The notes beneath the pieces were generated by a model, which was not told the DNA's origin, did no database searches, and saw only the letters and a program-made list of their open reading frames with translations. A stretch of DNA of 64,000 nucleotides from an uncultured bacterium (GTDB lineage Bacteria; Acidobacteriota; HRBIN11; JAKEFK01), in contig CAVZQN010000003.1 of assembly GCA_963777505.1 (NCBI GenBank), positions 256,001 to 320,000 on the forward strand. The letters run 5' to 3'. The translations under genes and the position numbers were made by a program. This document shows, in pieces, positions 28,401 through 37,182 of the stretch (the first letter of the stretch is position 1; each line of letters begins with the position of its first letter).

Positions 28401-29105
28401 GCAATACTCGCACAAGGAATGGATAACGATAACAATTCCTTAGCTTCGAACCATGCGTCCGTAGTATCAAAAACTTTCGATGAAGGTTCCGTTAGTTTTA
28501 CTTTGGACATTTTAGTACCGGGGACATACGTAATTTGGGCCCGCGTTAAGGCTAGTAGTGCAAACGAAGATTCATTTTATGTTTCGGCAGATGGCGGTGC
28601 GGAAGATATTTTTGACTGCGCACAGGGAACCTGGTCGGAGTCATTCCAGTGGTCGCGTGTCAATGGGCGCAATGGGGGCGAACCGGAAACACTGAATCCA
28701 CGCACCTTCAATTTCACTGCCGGACTGCATACAGTGGTCTTCAGGGGACGAGAACCAAAAACGGAGTTAGATGTAATTCTTGTGACCAACGATTTGAACT
28801 TTGTTCCTTCAGCTTCAAGTTCAAATTCAATGTTGTACAAAATAAAGATTGGGAAGAAGAAAGTTACATCGACTTCTTTAAAAGTGAAATGGAGAACTGA
28901 AGTACCGGCGAATTCCCGGGTTGAGTATGGAACTACAACTCAGTATGGGTCATTTTCGCTTCTATACGATGCGATGGTAACAAAACGCAGCGTATTGTTA
29001 GAAAATTTACAACCCAACACAACGTACCACTATCGAGTCAGGTCGGTAGATGGTACCGGTAATCTGTGGATATCGTCCGATTTTACATTTACGACTCCAC
29101 CGTGA
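25455..29105 (+). CDS. Secreted right-handed beta-helix (pectin-lyase-like) protein with 4 Ig-like repeats, FN3 and CBM-like domains
   Basis: GGAGG RBS, signal peptide, FWVSPSGSG...PGDLYWLTAGTY, Asn/Gly-rich helix rungs, 96-aa repeats, YHYRV.S.D..GN FN3 modules. Confidence 0.82.
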   Translation: MELRREGKPFRWLFCLILLFLAGTLHAQQWVDNFTAVRTFWVSPSGSGSGTESNPMSITTAMNQALPGDLYWLTAGTYNGQKTLTRNGTSSNPIVWRGVAGGGAIINGSIYVSAAYNWIWGLEVKDPNNSGTTEGIALVQAGGHIINCIVHDIKGRVGIAAWTAGPDQVVYGNIVYKQISNSNNPHNIYTQNDFAAHGYKYIVNNMMLDSWDASGGAYNFHAYTEGGKISGFHIEKNIIRRGRFLIGGINLPADNEIVKGNYFWNGPINFGYNRPSQVQFQNNYVGRSDLWTYYFWGKGETQYPQTAASIFTGNEFHKPPSNHFDFRTSAFMPGQCNGCPEIRTGDSWNNNTYSSPFKASFHADNNNQGDVTYSEWQTFTASAGNAFDTSSTVTSSTPDRIAVIPNEYEPGRGHVAIFNWSLSSTVTVDLSSVLSNGANFQVLDPRNMGSPVLTGTYSGPVNISTGGQEFLALLVVTTSGGPPPDTIPPDTTITSSLCGTTVTTASVTVNWTGSDNVTPTGNLVYAYSLDGGAYSSYGSATSNIFNNLTNASHTVSVKAKDVAGNVDPTPAQCTFTVSVADTTPPETTITSSLCGTTVTTSSVTINWTGSDNVTPVGNLVYAYALDGGAYSSYGSATSNAFTNLTNASHTVTVRAKDQAGNVDPTPAQCTFTVNVADTTPPNTTITSSFCGTTVTTASVTVNWTGSDNVTPTGNLVYAYSLDGGAYSSYVSATSNTFNNLSNASHTVSVKAKDVAGNVDPTPAQCTFTVNVADTTPPNTTITSSFCGTTVTTASVTVNWTGSDNVTPTGNLVYAYSLDGGAYSSYVSATSNTFNNLSNASHTVSVKAKDVAGNVDPTPAQCSFTVNVADTTAPTISNIQATGIGITNATILWDTNEASDTQVEYGTSTCPCSQNSPLNANLTTAHSVVLSNLTASTLYHYRVKSRDAAGNLAFGIDKTFTTGTNPPPPPPPTGSSTCQEAEAAILAQGMDNDNNSLASNHASVVSKTFDEGSVSFTLDILVPGTYVIWARVKASSANEDSFYVSADGGAEDIFDCAQGTWSESFQWSRVNGRNGGEPETLNPRTFNFTAGLHTVVFRGREPKTELDVILVTNDLNFVPSASSSNSMLYKIKIGKKKVTSTSLKVKWRTEVPANSRVEYGTTTQYGSFSLLYDAMVTKRSVLLENLQPNTTYHYRVRSVDGTGNLWISSDFTFTTPP
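26907..28058 (+). repeat. Four tandem 288-bp intragenic repeats (96-aa Ig-like units)
   Basis: Units start at 26907, 27195, 27483 and 27771. Units 3 and 4 are almost identical in DNA. Confidence 0.92.
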
Positions 29106-29125
29106 AATTAACAGACAAGGGAGTA

Positions 29126-29215
29126 AGCAGGCAGCCGGAATGAATAAATCAAGGTTATGCTCTTGGGCTGAGAGATTGATTTTGTTGCAATTCTGGCAGT
29201 CTGCTCCTTTCTTTT
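29126..29215 (+). terminator. Long imperfect hairpin with a pyrimidine tail between the paralogs
   Basis: AGCAGGC/GTCTGCT, GCCGGAAT/ATTCTGGC and AAATCAA/TTGATTT nested stems, then CCTTTCTTTT. Confidence 0.5.
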
Positions 29216-29491
29216 CACAACTTTTTGTAGTTAAATCCAATTTAAGAAATGTTCTTGGAGGAAAGTAATGGTAACAAAAAAAGGTGGCAACACTAGACCA
29301 CTAGTTTTATCTCCGGTTTTACCCTCTTAAAAAACCGGCATCCACAGTTAGCCGGGAAAATTAGGTTCAGTCTTACGGCTCTAATCAGAGCCTAAAACTT
29401 TTAAATGCGGAATACTTGCTAACCAAGTTTCAAAACGAACGTTTTGAGAATTGAAGTATATCAAACGCAAAATCATGATTTTGGAGGATCA

Positions 29492-31552
29492 ATGTTCAAT
29501 AAAAAAGACAGAAGGCTAGGACTATCGCACTTCTGCGGAATGTTTCTACTATTGCTTCTTGCGGGCAGTCTGGAAGCTCAACCGTGGGTTCAATCTTTCA
29601 CTCCATTACGCACTTTTTATGTTTCACCTAGCGGGACAGGCACAGGCACTCAGAGTAATCCGATGGGTATTACAACAGCAATGAATCAGGCTAATCCTGG
29701 TGATCTTTATTGGTTAACGGCGGGAACATACAGTGGTCAGAAGACATTTAGCCGTAATGGAACATCTTCGAATCCGATCGTATGGAGAGGCGTTGCCGGT
29801 GGTGGAGCGATTATTAATGGAAGCATAATTGTTCCAGGATCGTATAACTGGATCTGGGGTCTTGAAGTAAAGGATCCAAACAAAGTTGGCACAACTGAAG
29901 GTATCGCGCTGACTGCTGCAGGCGGACACATTATCAATTGCATAGTGCATGACATTAAAGGTCGTGTTGGAATTGCTGCCTGGATGGCCGGTGCAGGTCA
30001 AGTTGTTTACGGAAATATTGTTTACAAACAAATTTCCACTTCTAACAATCCGCACAATCTTTACACTCAGAACGATTTTGCAGCACATGGTTACAAATAC
30101 ATTGTAGGAAACATGTTGCTCGATTCATGGGATGCAAGTGGAGGCGCGTATAACTTTCATGCGTACACAGAAGGTGGAAAGATAAGCGGGTTTCATGTAG
30201 AGAAAAATATTATTAAAAGGGGACGATTTCTAATCGGTGGAATTAATCTTCCTGCCGATAATGAAATTGTAAAAGCAAATTATTTTTGGAATGGCCCAAT
30301 TAATTTTGGATATAACAGACCTGCACAGGTTAAGTTTCAAGATAACTATGTAGGCCGGTCGAACCTCTGGACTTCATATTTCTGGGGTAAAGGTGAGACT
30401 CAATATCCGCAGACTGCACCAAGTCTTTACACCGGGAATGAATTCCATAAGCCAAGCGGAAATCATTTTGATTTTCGCACCTCAGCATTTATGCCGGGTC
30501 AATGCAATGGATGTCCGGAGATAAGATCTGGTGATAGTTGGAACAACAATTCATACTCATCGCCATTCTATGCAACTTTTCACGCTGATAACAATAATCA
30601 AGGGAATGTTTCGTTTGCCGAATGGAAGACGTTTACTTCTCAGGCTGGCGTTCCTTTTGATACTAGCTCAGCAGTAGTGACATCAAGTCCGAATAAAGTT
30701 GCCGTGATCAAAAATGAATATGAATCAGGCCGTGGTCATATTGCAATTTTTAACTGGGCTTTAAGCGCTACAGTTGTTGTAGATCTTTCATCGATTCTTA
30801 CCAGCGGAACAGCTTACAAAGTATTTGATCCCAAGAATATGGGGTCCCCAATTCTTACTGGAACTTACTCACTGCCGGTAGCCATTCCAACTGGCGGAGC
30901 AGAATTTCTTGCTTTACTTGTTCTTAAAACTGGAACGGCACCACCTCCTCCGCCGCCACCACCACCAACTGACACAATTGAACCGAATACAATGTTCACG
31001 ACCACAGGAATATGCGGTACTACAATTTCAACCAATTCGGTAACGCTGAGCTACACTGGAACAGACAATGTAACTCCAACTGCCAGTCTTGTTTACCGAA
31101 CCAAGGTTGATAGCGAGTTATGGTCATCGTATTCATCAGCAACTTCTAAAACCTTTTCCAATCTCTCGAATGGTGCGCATAAAATTCAGGTAAGAGCGAA
31201 GGACCTGGCAGGGAATCACGACGGCACTCCGCCGGCTTGTTGGGTTACGGTGAATACATCTTTGTCGGATGCAAATCCTCCTGTTATATCCAATGTCCGA
31301 ATCGCCGGTATTCAAGGCCAAAATGTAAAAATTGCCTGGGACACAAACGAAAATTCAAGTACACAAATTGAATACGGTACAAATGCTTGTCCCTGTTCAA
31401 ATCAAACCGCTGTAAATCCCGATTTAGTGCAAACACATCGCCGTCGAATCAAAAATCTTCAGCGCGGTACCACATATCATTACAGAGTTAAATCCCGGGA
31501 TTCGAACGGAAATCTTGCAGTGAGTAGTGATCGGACATTTACGACACCGTAG
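29492..31552 (+). CDS. Paralogous secreted beta-helix protein with one Ig-like and one FN3 domain
   Basis: GGAGG RBS before MFNKK. The beta-helix domain is highly similar to that of 25455..29105. Confidence 0.82.
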   Translation: MFNKKDRRLGLSHFCGMFLLLLLAGSLEAQPWVQSFTPLRTFYVSPSGTGTGTQSNPMGITTAMNQANPGDLYWLTAGTYSGQKTFSRNGTSSNPIVWRGVAGGGAIINGSIIVPGSYNWIWGLEVKDPNKVGTTEGIALTAAGGHIINCIVHDIKGRVGIAAWMAGAGQVVYGNIVYKQISTSNNPHNLYTQNDFAAHGYKYIVGNMLLDSWDASGGAYNFHAYTEGGKISGFHVEKNIIKRGRFLIGGINLPADNEIVKANYFWNGPINFGYNRPAQVKFQDNYVGRSNLWTSYFWGKGETQYPQTAPSLYTGNEFHKPSGNHFDFRTSAFMPGQCNGCPEIRSGDSWNNNSYSSPFYATFHADNNNQGNVSFAEWKTFTSQAGVPFDTSSAVVTSSPNKVAVIKNEYESGRGHIAIFNWALSATVVVDLSSILTSGTAYKVFDPKNMGSPILTGTYSLPVAIPTGGAEFLALLVLKTGTAPPPPPPPPPTDTIEPNTMFTTTGICGTTISTNSVTLSYTGTDNVTPTASLVYRTKVDSELWSSYSSATSKTFSNLSNGAHKIQVRAKDLAGNHDGTPPACWVTVNTSLSDANPPVISNVRIAGIQGQNVKIAWDTNENSSTQIEYGTNACPCSNQTAVNPDLVQTHRRRIKNLQRGTTYHYRVKSRDSNGNLAVSSDRTFTTP

Positions 31553-31576
31553 AAGGATTAAACAGCAGTAATTGGT

Positions 31577-31607
31577 ATAGGCGGGTCTTAGACCCGCCTA
31601 TTTTTTT
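31577..31607 (+). terminator. Rho-independent terminator between convergent genes
   Basis: ATAGGCGGGTC-tta-GACCCGCCTAT-TTTTTT. Confidence 0.85.
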
Positions 31608-31631
31608 AAGATCGTATTTTTGAAAACCGAA

Positions 31632-32366
31632 TCATGATGCCTTTTTTGCAACTGCAAAAAGGTGTGCGGTTCTTTTCGGTTGTTCGTCAAGACCGCGTGA
31701 CTCTATTTTGCTGATCAAATTACACAACATCGATTCCGCCGTTTGCAAAGGACGCCGGAGACTGAAACCGCGCAAACCCTTGTAACGGTATTTGCCTGTC
31801 TTAATTCCGTAAGTAACTTGAACATCCGAAAAATATTTGCTGAGCAGTTCGGTAAGCTGCTTGCGTGTATAGTGGCGGATATGGTCTGGATTGTAATGCG
31901 GAGGCTCGTTCTTTACATAATCTCCATTAGGAGTCGTTAGAAAAAGAAACCCACCGGATTTTAAAACACGATTTAACTGTTGGATGAATTGTTCATCATT
32001 CGGAACATGTTCAATGACCTCAACACAGAGAACACCTTCAAATCGTGCATCAGGCAAAGTTGAGGTTGTCATATCTTCCAGCACCAAGGCATTGATATTG
32101 GACCGCTTCTGCCGAATTTCTTCCAGCATCGTTTCTGTGAGTCCAAGATTCAGGCTTTGTTGAACTTCACTTTCTCGCGGCAAATCAACAACTGTAACTT
32201 CAGCATGAAGCCCGACAGTGTAAGGAGATTTTCTACCGCCGACGTCCAGCAGTTGAATCGAGCTTCTTTTTTCACGAACTAATCGTTTCAAATCTCTTTT
32301 TACTTTTGCTACATGGGCTGGAAGAAAAGGTCCGGCCAGAAAATGCATCCATTCGTAGGGTTTCAT
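31632..32366 (-). CDS. Class I SAM-dependent methyltransferase
   Basis: LLDVGG, VEVIEHV, RVLKSGG.LFLTTPN and HIRHY motifs. Downstream of wzc. Confidence 0.85.
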   Translation of the reverse strand: MKPYEWMHFLAGPFLPAHVAKVKRDLKRLVREKRSSIQLLDVGGRKSPYTVGLHAEVTVVDLPRESEVQQSLNLGLTETMLEEIRQKRSNINALVLEDMTTSTLPDARFEGVLCVEVIEHVPNDEQFIQQLNRVLKSGGFLFLTTPNGDYVKNEPPHYNPDHIRHYTRKQLTELLSKYFSDVQVTYGIKTGKYRYKGLRGFSLRRPLQTAESMLCNLISKIESRGLDEQPKRTAHLFAVAKKAS

Positions 32367-32378
32367 TTGTTCGGTACG

Positions 32379-34556
32379 TTAAGCTTTCTTGCGTTTCTTA
32401 GGCTCAGAGATTGATGCTAATGGAATTTCTGTGGTTTGTTCTTCATCCATTTTTTCAAATGGTTTTTTGTAGTAGGAATAGTATTGCCTGTAGTACTGAT
32501 AATGAGAAAAACGTTCTTGTAAATTTACCTTATTTAAGACCGTTCCTAAAACGTTTACGTTCATTTGTTTTAGAAGGTCGTCAGCCATTTTCAAAGTTTT
32601 TGTAGTCGTATAATCGTTTCGCACTACAAGAACAAGGCCGTCTACGCCAACGCAAGCAGCAAGAGTTTCCGGGGTAAGAAGTACCGGACCACTATCCATA
32701 ATGATGTATTCGAAGTAACCCATCGCATTTGTGAGCGCATCCAGAAAATCAGATCCATCTAATGAAGCTGCCAGTTCTAGACGGTCTGCATGATCGACAG
32801 GAATAACCGTTAGATTTTCGAGAGGGGAAGGGAACTTCGTGAAGTCTGGCGGCTTTGCATTGAGAAATTCATGGAGTCCAATCTGCCGGCGGACTCCAAT
32901 GACTTCATGGACACTTGGCCTTTGCACATCAACGTCAATTAACAAAACGCGTTTGCCCATTCTCGCAAGCGCTTTTGCGAGGTTTGTGCTGACGAAGGTT
33001 TTTCCTTCACTGGGTTGCGCGCTGGTCACAATAAAAACCCGCGGAGGTTTGTCCATTTCATCTACCGCAGAAATATGCCTCCATAAAAAGCGGAAAGAAT
33101 TGTAGATTAATTCTTCCTCTTCTTTGTCCGCATCCGGAATGAAAGTAAGAAATCGGAAAGAAGACGCAAGCTCAATATCTGCCTGGGTACGGATTTTTGT
33201 ATCAACAAAATTTAGAAGCATTGCAACTCCTATTCCAGCAAACAGGCCTGCAAAAAGCCCCACAGCGCTGGATTGGAGTCTGCGCGGCTTAATCGGTCTT
33301 CCAGGTGTTCGGGCATTTTCTACAATTCTCATTTGAACACTACCCTGCATTCCGCCCGTGCCTGTGATATCTGCAGATTGGCGTTGTTGAATCATTTGAT
33401 CCAGAAGTTTGCGTTCATTCTCCTGATCGGTTAGCAATCTCTGGTATTCGGATGTTTCTGAATTCAAGTTATTCAAAGAATTGCGAACTTGATCAAACTC
33501 TTGTTGCACCGCCGCTTGCTTCGAACGTGCCGATTCAACTTCTCCCCGGCTGGATGCCAGAACCAGGCTAAAAACATTCTGTATTTCACGATTGCTTTGA
33601 CCGCAGATCTCATCCCTTTTGTTTTTGAGTTGTTGCAGACCGGGCCAACCTGCTTTAAAGATTTTGCTTTTTTCTGCATACTCCTGTTCAACCTGTGAAC
33701 ATTGAGTTTGGAAGTTAATCACTGTTGCGGAAGAATTTACTTCTGGTAATGAACCTGGTGAACTTCTTTGGATCCGATTGTAATTTCCCTGTTTTTCGAT
33801 CACTTCTGCTTGAGCCGCTTGTAGTTGTTCTTGCAGGCCTTGCATGTTTTGCATCGCAACATTCATCTGCTCCCCAAGAGCTTGAACCTGGGTCGATTTT
33901 GATAATGCCGAGAGTTTATCGTTCTTTTCTGCGATTGATTTTTGAAGACGTTCGATTTGTATCGAAATTGATTCGCTGGCAAATTGGCTTTGTTTTACAT
34001 TGACCTGACGGCTGGATTCAATCAAACTCTCGGCCCAAGTGTTGGCAAGAATTGCAGCACCTTTTGGCACCGGTGATTCAACGCCGACTTCCAGGATAAA
34101 TGTGTCAGGACGTTGCGCCATTTGTACACTGCGTAGCAGATGTGGATAAAGCTCTTCCGGAGAGCGCTTCCAGCTCACCGCGGGCATACCCAGTAACTTT
34201 GCAGTTTCGTCAGGGCCTATCTTTCGAACAAGAATGTTGAGCACGTCCGGAGTCCGGGCCAGCTCCATTTGCGTGCTAAAAAACATTTCACTGGAATATT
34301 CAAAAGAGTCTTTGTAAGCCTCGCCACCGAGATCAAGCTGTTGAGGCAAAATTTCGAGGGAGGCGCCAGCAGAATAGATTGATTTCTCTAGTACTACCCT
34401 TATAGTATTACCAGCTACGATAATAATTGCGATCAGCAGGATTAGCTTCCATCGCTTCAGGATTCCGTAATATTCCAACGAAGGCCCGGCTGTAGGCCTT
34501 GCCATCGATGCCGGAATCGGGACACTTCGCTTTAATGCTTTTTGACTAATGCCCAT
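32379..34556 (-). CDS. wzc: Polysaccharide co-polymerase / BY-kinase (Wzc)
   Basis: Two TM helices around a coiled coil. Walker A SEGKT, A' LLIDVD, B MDSGP. Tyr cluster YQYYRQYYSYY. Confidence 0.9.
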   Translation of the reverse strand: MGISQKALKRSVPIPASMARPTAGPSLEYYGILKRWKLILLIAIIIVAGNTIRVVLEKSIYSAGASLEILPQQLDLGGEAYKDSFEYSSEMFFSTQMELARTPDVLNILVRKIGPDETAKLLGMPAVSWKRSPEELYPHLLRSVQMAQRPDTFILEVGVESPVPKGAAILANTWAESLIESSRQVNVKQSQFASESISIQIERLQKSIAEKNDKLSALSKSTQVQALGEQMNVAMQNMQGLQEQLQAAQAEVIEKQGNYNRIQRSSPGSLPEVNSSATVINFQTQCSQVEQEYAEKSKIFKAGWPGLQQLKNKRDEICGQSNREIQNVFSLVLASSRGEVESARSKQAAVQQEFDQVRNSLNNLNSETSEYQRLLTDQENERKLLDQMIQQRQSADITGTGGMQGSVQMRIVENARTPGRPIKPRRLQSSAVGLFAGLFAGIGVAMLLNFVDTKIRTQADIELASSFRFLTFIPDADKEEEELIYNSFRFLWRHISAVDEMDKPPRVFIVTSAQPSEGKTFVSTNLAKALARMGKRVLLIDVDVQRPSVHEVIGVRRQIGLHEFLNAKPPDFTKFPSPLENLTVIPVDHADRLELAASLDGSDFLDALTNAMGYFEYIIMDSGPVLLTPETLAACVGVDGLVLVVRNDYTTTKTLKMADDLLKQMNVNVLGTVLNKVNLQERFSHYQYYRQYYSYYKKPFEKMDEEQTTEIPLASISEPKKRKKA

Positions 34557-34632
34557 CTCTCTTTAACTCCAAGCCCCCCAGAAAACGGATAAGAATGTAA
34601 ACATTGGCAACGTAACTGGAATGTGCATAATC

Positions 34633-34648
34633 TATGATACTTATCATA
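34633..34648. promoter_or_regulatory. Perfect inverted repeat in the divergent wzc/degT promoter
   Basis: TATGATA-CT-TATCATA. Confidence 0.35.
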
Positions 34649-34685
34649 AATATTCAAATTGTAATTTAGGCTTCGAGGAGGGGAA

Positions 34686-35972
34686 ATGAAAAGAAGGAGC
34701 ACATTTTTACCTTTTGCCCTTCCTGATATAGGTCCAAAAGAAGTTCAACTGGTACAAGAAGTACTTGAATCAGGGTGGCTAACCACTGGGCCAAAAACCA
34801 GGCAACTCGAGAATGAATTTGCCAGTTTTTTGGGCGTAAGAAATGCCATAGCAGTCAATTCGTGTACTGCAGGTCTACATCTGGCATTGGATGCTATCGG
34901 AGTTGCGCCTGGTGATTTTGTTTTAACTTCGCCTTATACCTTTGCAGCCACTGCAGAAGTCGTCCGTTATTTTGATGCAATCCCCGTCTTTGTTGACGTT
35001 CAACCAGATACGATCAATTTGGATCCCCAAAAACTGACAGAAACGATTCAGGATTTAAATCAATGTATTCTAAATGGAACAAGTCCTCAATTGACGTCAG
35101 TTCGCCGTGCCTTATCGGTCAATTCTGTCCGCCGAGGCATCATCCGGGCAATTATTCCTGTTCATTATGGCGGTCATCCTTGCGAAGTGGATTCGATTTA
35201 TTCCATTGCCTGCGAATCAGGTCTTGCTTACATCGATGATGCTGCTCATTCATTGCCAGCTCGTTACAAAGGGCGGCTTATTGGTTCACCAATGCAAGGG
35301 ACATCCCCAATTCTTTCCTGTTTTAGTTTTTATGCTACCAAAAGCATGACGACAGGAGAGGGAGGAATGATTACAACCGAAGATGATCGGTTGGCGGATC
35401 GCTGCAGGATGATGTGTCTTCATGGAATTAGCAAAGACGCATGGAAACGCTACACCGCTGAAGGGTCGTGGTATTACGAAATTCTTGCCGCAGGATATAA
35501 ATACAATCTTACCGACCTTGCGGCTGCTTTAGGGATTGCTCAGCTTTCTCGTCTCGAAGAAATGTGGGAAAGACGTAAAAAGATTGCAGCATCATACACC
35601 GCGGCTTTTTCATCATTTCCGGAGTTGCAACTTCCATCAGTTCGAGATGGATATGAATCCGCATGGCATCTCTATCCAATTCGATTCAACCTGAATTATT
35701 TTGAAAATAAAGGTGCATCCGGACTTTTTAGAAATAATTTTATAGAAGGTATGAAACAGCGAAATATTGGCACCAGTGTCCATTTCATCCCGCTTCACAT
35801 TCATCCTTATTACCGAGAAACCTATGGTTATGAACCGGATGATTTTCCGGTGGCACTGGATCAATATCAGCGCCTTGTTTCGCTTCCTCTTTATTCTCGA
35901 ATGTCGGACGATGACGTCGAGAATGTAAAGGACGCCGTAGTTGACATTGTTGAGAGAAATAGGAGACACTAA
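34686..35972 (+). CDS. DegT/DnrJ/EryC1/StrS PLP-dependent sugar aminotransferase
   Basis: SGWLTTGP, NSCTAGLH, DDAAH and SFYATKSMTTGEGG motifs. Confidence 0.95.
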   Translation: MKRRSTFLPFALPDIGPKEVQLVQEVLESGWLTTGPKTRQLENEFASFLGVRNAIAVNSCTAGLHLALDAIGVAPGDFVLTSPYTFAATAEVVRYFDAIPVFVDVQPDTINLDPQKLTETIQDLNQCILNGTSPQLTSVRRALSVNSVRRGIIRAIIPVHYGGHPCEVDSIYSIACESGLAYIDDAAHSLPARYKGRLIGSPMQGTSPILSCFSFYATKSMTTGEGGMITTEDDRLADRCRMMCLHGISKDAWKRYTAEGSWYYEILAAGYKYNLTDLAAALGIAQLSRLEEMWERRKKIAASYTAAFSSFPELQLPSVRDGYESAWHLYPIRFNLNYFENKGASGLFRNNFIEGMKQRNIGTSVHFIPLHIHPYYRETYGYEPDDFPVALDQYQRLVSLPLYSRMSDDDVENVKDAVVDIVERNRRH

Positions 35973-36205
35973 ATACGTAGATAAGGGGTTGAGGGTAAAA
36001 GGGTTGTACGATTGTGACCCACAATAAGAAGGGCTAGGATCGGAGTTCCTTCCTCATGTTCATCAAGCGGCAATCCGCAACACCACCCTGGGTTCTCCAT
36101 TTCTCTGTGAGTGACGGGGCGGAGCTGTGCCTCGGAGACATGGATCAACTCGTGAGTCACGTCGATGTTTTGGGCTATTATTCAAACAAAATCTTTTCAT
36201 AAATT

Positions 36206-37075
36206 ATGGTAGAAAACATGCAAGCTAATTCCATTTCAGAAACTGCACTGCCGGTACAAAGCCACAAATTGATTCTTGAACCCACGAAAGGCTGGGTTTC
36301 TTTACAACTAAAGGATTTATGGGTTTACAGGGAACTTTTGTACTTTCTTATCTGGCGTGACATCAAGGTACGCTACAAGCAAACAGCGCTTGGTGCTGCG
36401 TGGGCAATTATTCAACCCGTTACTACGATGGTTGTATTCACAATATTTTTTGGAAAATTAGGGAAAATCCCATCTGATGGAATCCCTTATCCACTCTTTG
36501 CATATGCCGCTTTGCTTCCGTGGAATTTCTTTTCACAGGCAATGACCGAATCTTCAAACAGTCTTGTAGGAAGTTCCAACTTAATTCGAAAAGTTTATTT
36601 TCCACGGCTCGTAATTCCATTGTCCGGGGTGCTATCAGGTTTAGTTGATTTTGGAATTGCTTTTTGTGTTCTTATTGTGATGCTTTTCTTCTACAAGATT
36701 CGCGTAACCCTCAATGTCTTTTTGTTGCCATTGTTTCTTTTGCTTGCTGTAGGTACTGCGCTTGGAGTCGGGCTTTGGTTGTCGGCAATGAACGTAAAAT
36801 ATCGTGATGTTCGTTTTATCGTTCCTTTTTTGACTCAGTTCTGGTTGTTTGCAACGCCAGTTGCATATCCAAGCAGCATGCTTCAGGAACCATGGAGAAC
36901 ACTTTACGGTCTTAATCCAATGGCGGGAGTTGTTGAAGGTTTCCGCTGGGCACTTCTAAATACCAATCCTCCAGGGCCGATGATAATGTTGTCTGTGGTC
37001 GTAACGATTGTTCTCGTTGTTTCGGGAGCTTTTTATTTCCGTAGAATGGAGACGACGTTTGCCGATCTGGTTTAA
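36206..37075 (+). CDS. wzm: Polysaccharide ABC-2 exporter permease
   Basis: RDIKVRYKQTALGAAWAIIQP, KVYFPR and LNPMAGVVEGFR motifs. Confidence 0.93.
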   Translation: MVENMQANSISETALPVQSHKLILEPTKGWVSLQLKDLWVYRELLYFLIWRDIKVRYKQTALGAAWAIIQPVTTMVVFTIFFGKLGKIPSDGIPYPLFAYAALLPWNFFSQAMTESSNSLVGSSNLIRKVYFPRLVIPLSGVLSGLVDFGIAFCVLIVMLFFYKIRVTLNVFLLPLFLLLAVGTALGVGLWLSAMNVKYRDVRFIVPFLTQFWLFATPVAYPSSMLQEPWRTLYGLNPMAGVVEGFRWALLNTNPPGPMIMLSVVVTIVLVVSGAFYFRRMETTFADLV

Positions 37076-37182
37076 GGCGATTGAGTTCAAAAGTTCATTA
37101 GCATAAACGCCACGAAATTCTAACTCCCACAGATGAGATTCTGATTTGAACACTTCGAAAGTTTTTACAGCCAAAAACTAAT

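Noticed and set aside
25455-31552. Near-identical paralog segments as a diversity-generating retroelement TR/VR pair
   Set aside because: There is no reverse transcriptase, the differences are not adenine-specific, and both copies are full genes.
35969-36160. 63-aa antisense ORF with THELIH (HExxH-like)
   Set aside because: Short, antisense to the operon, with no other protease features. Likely chance.
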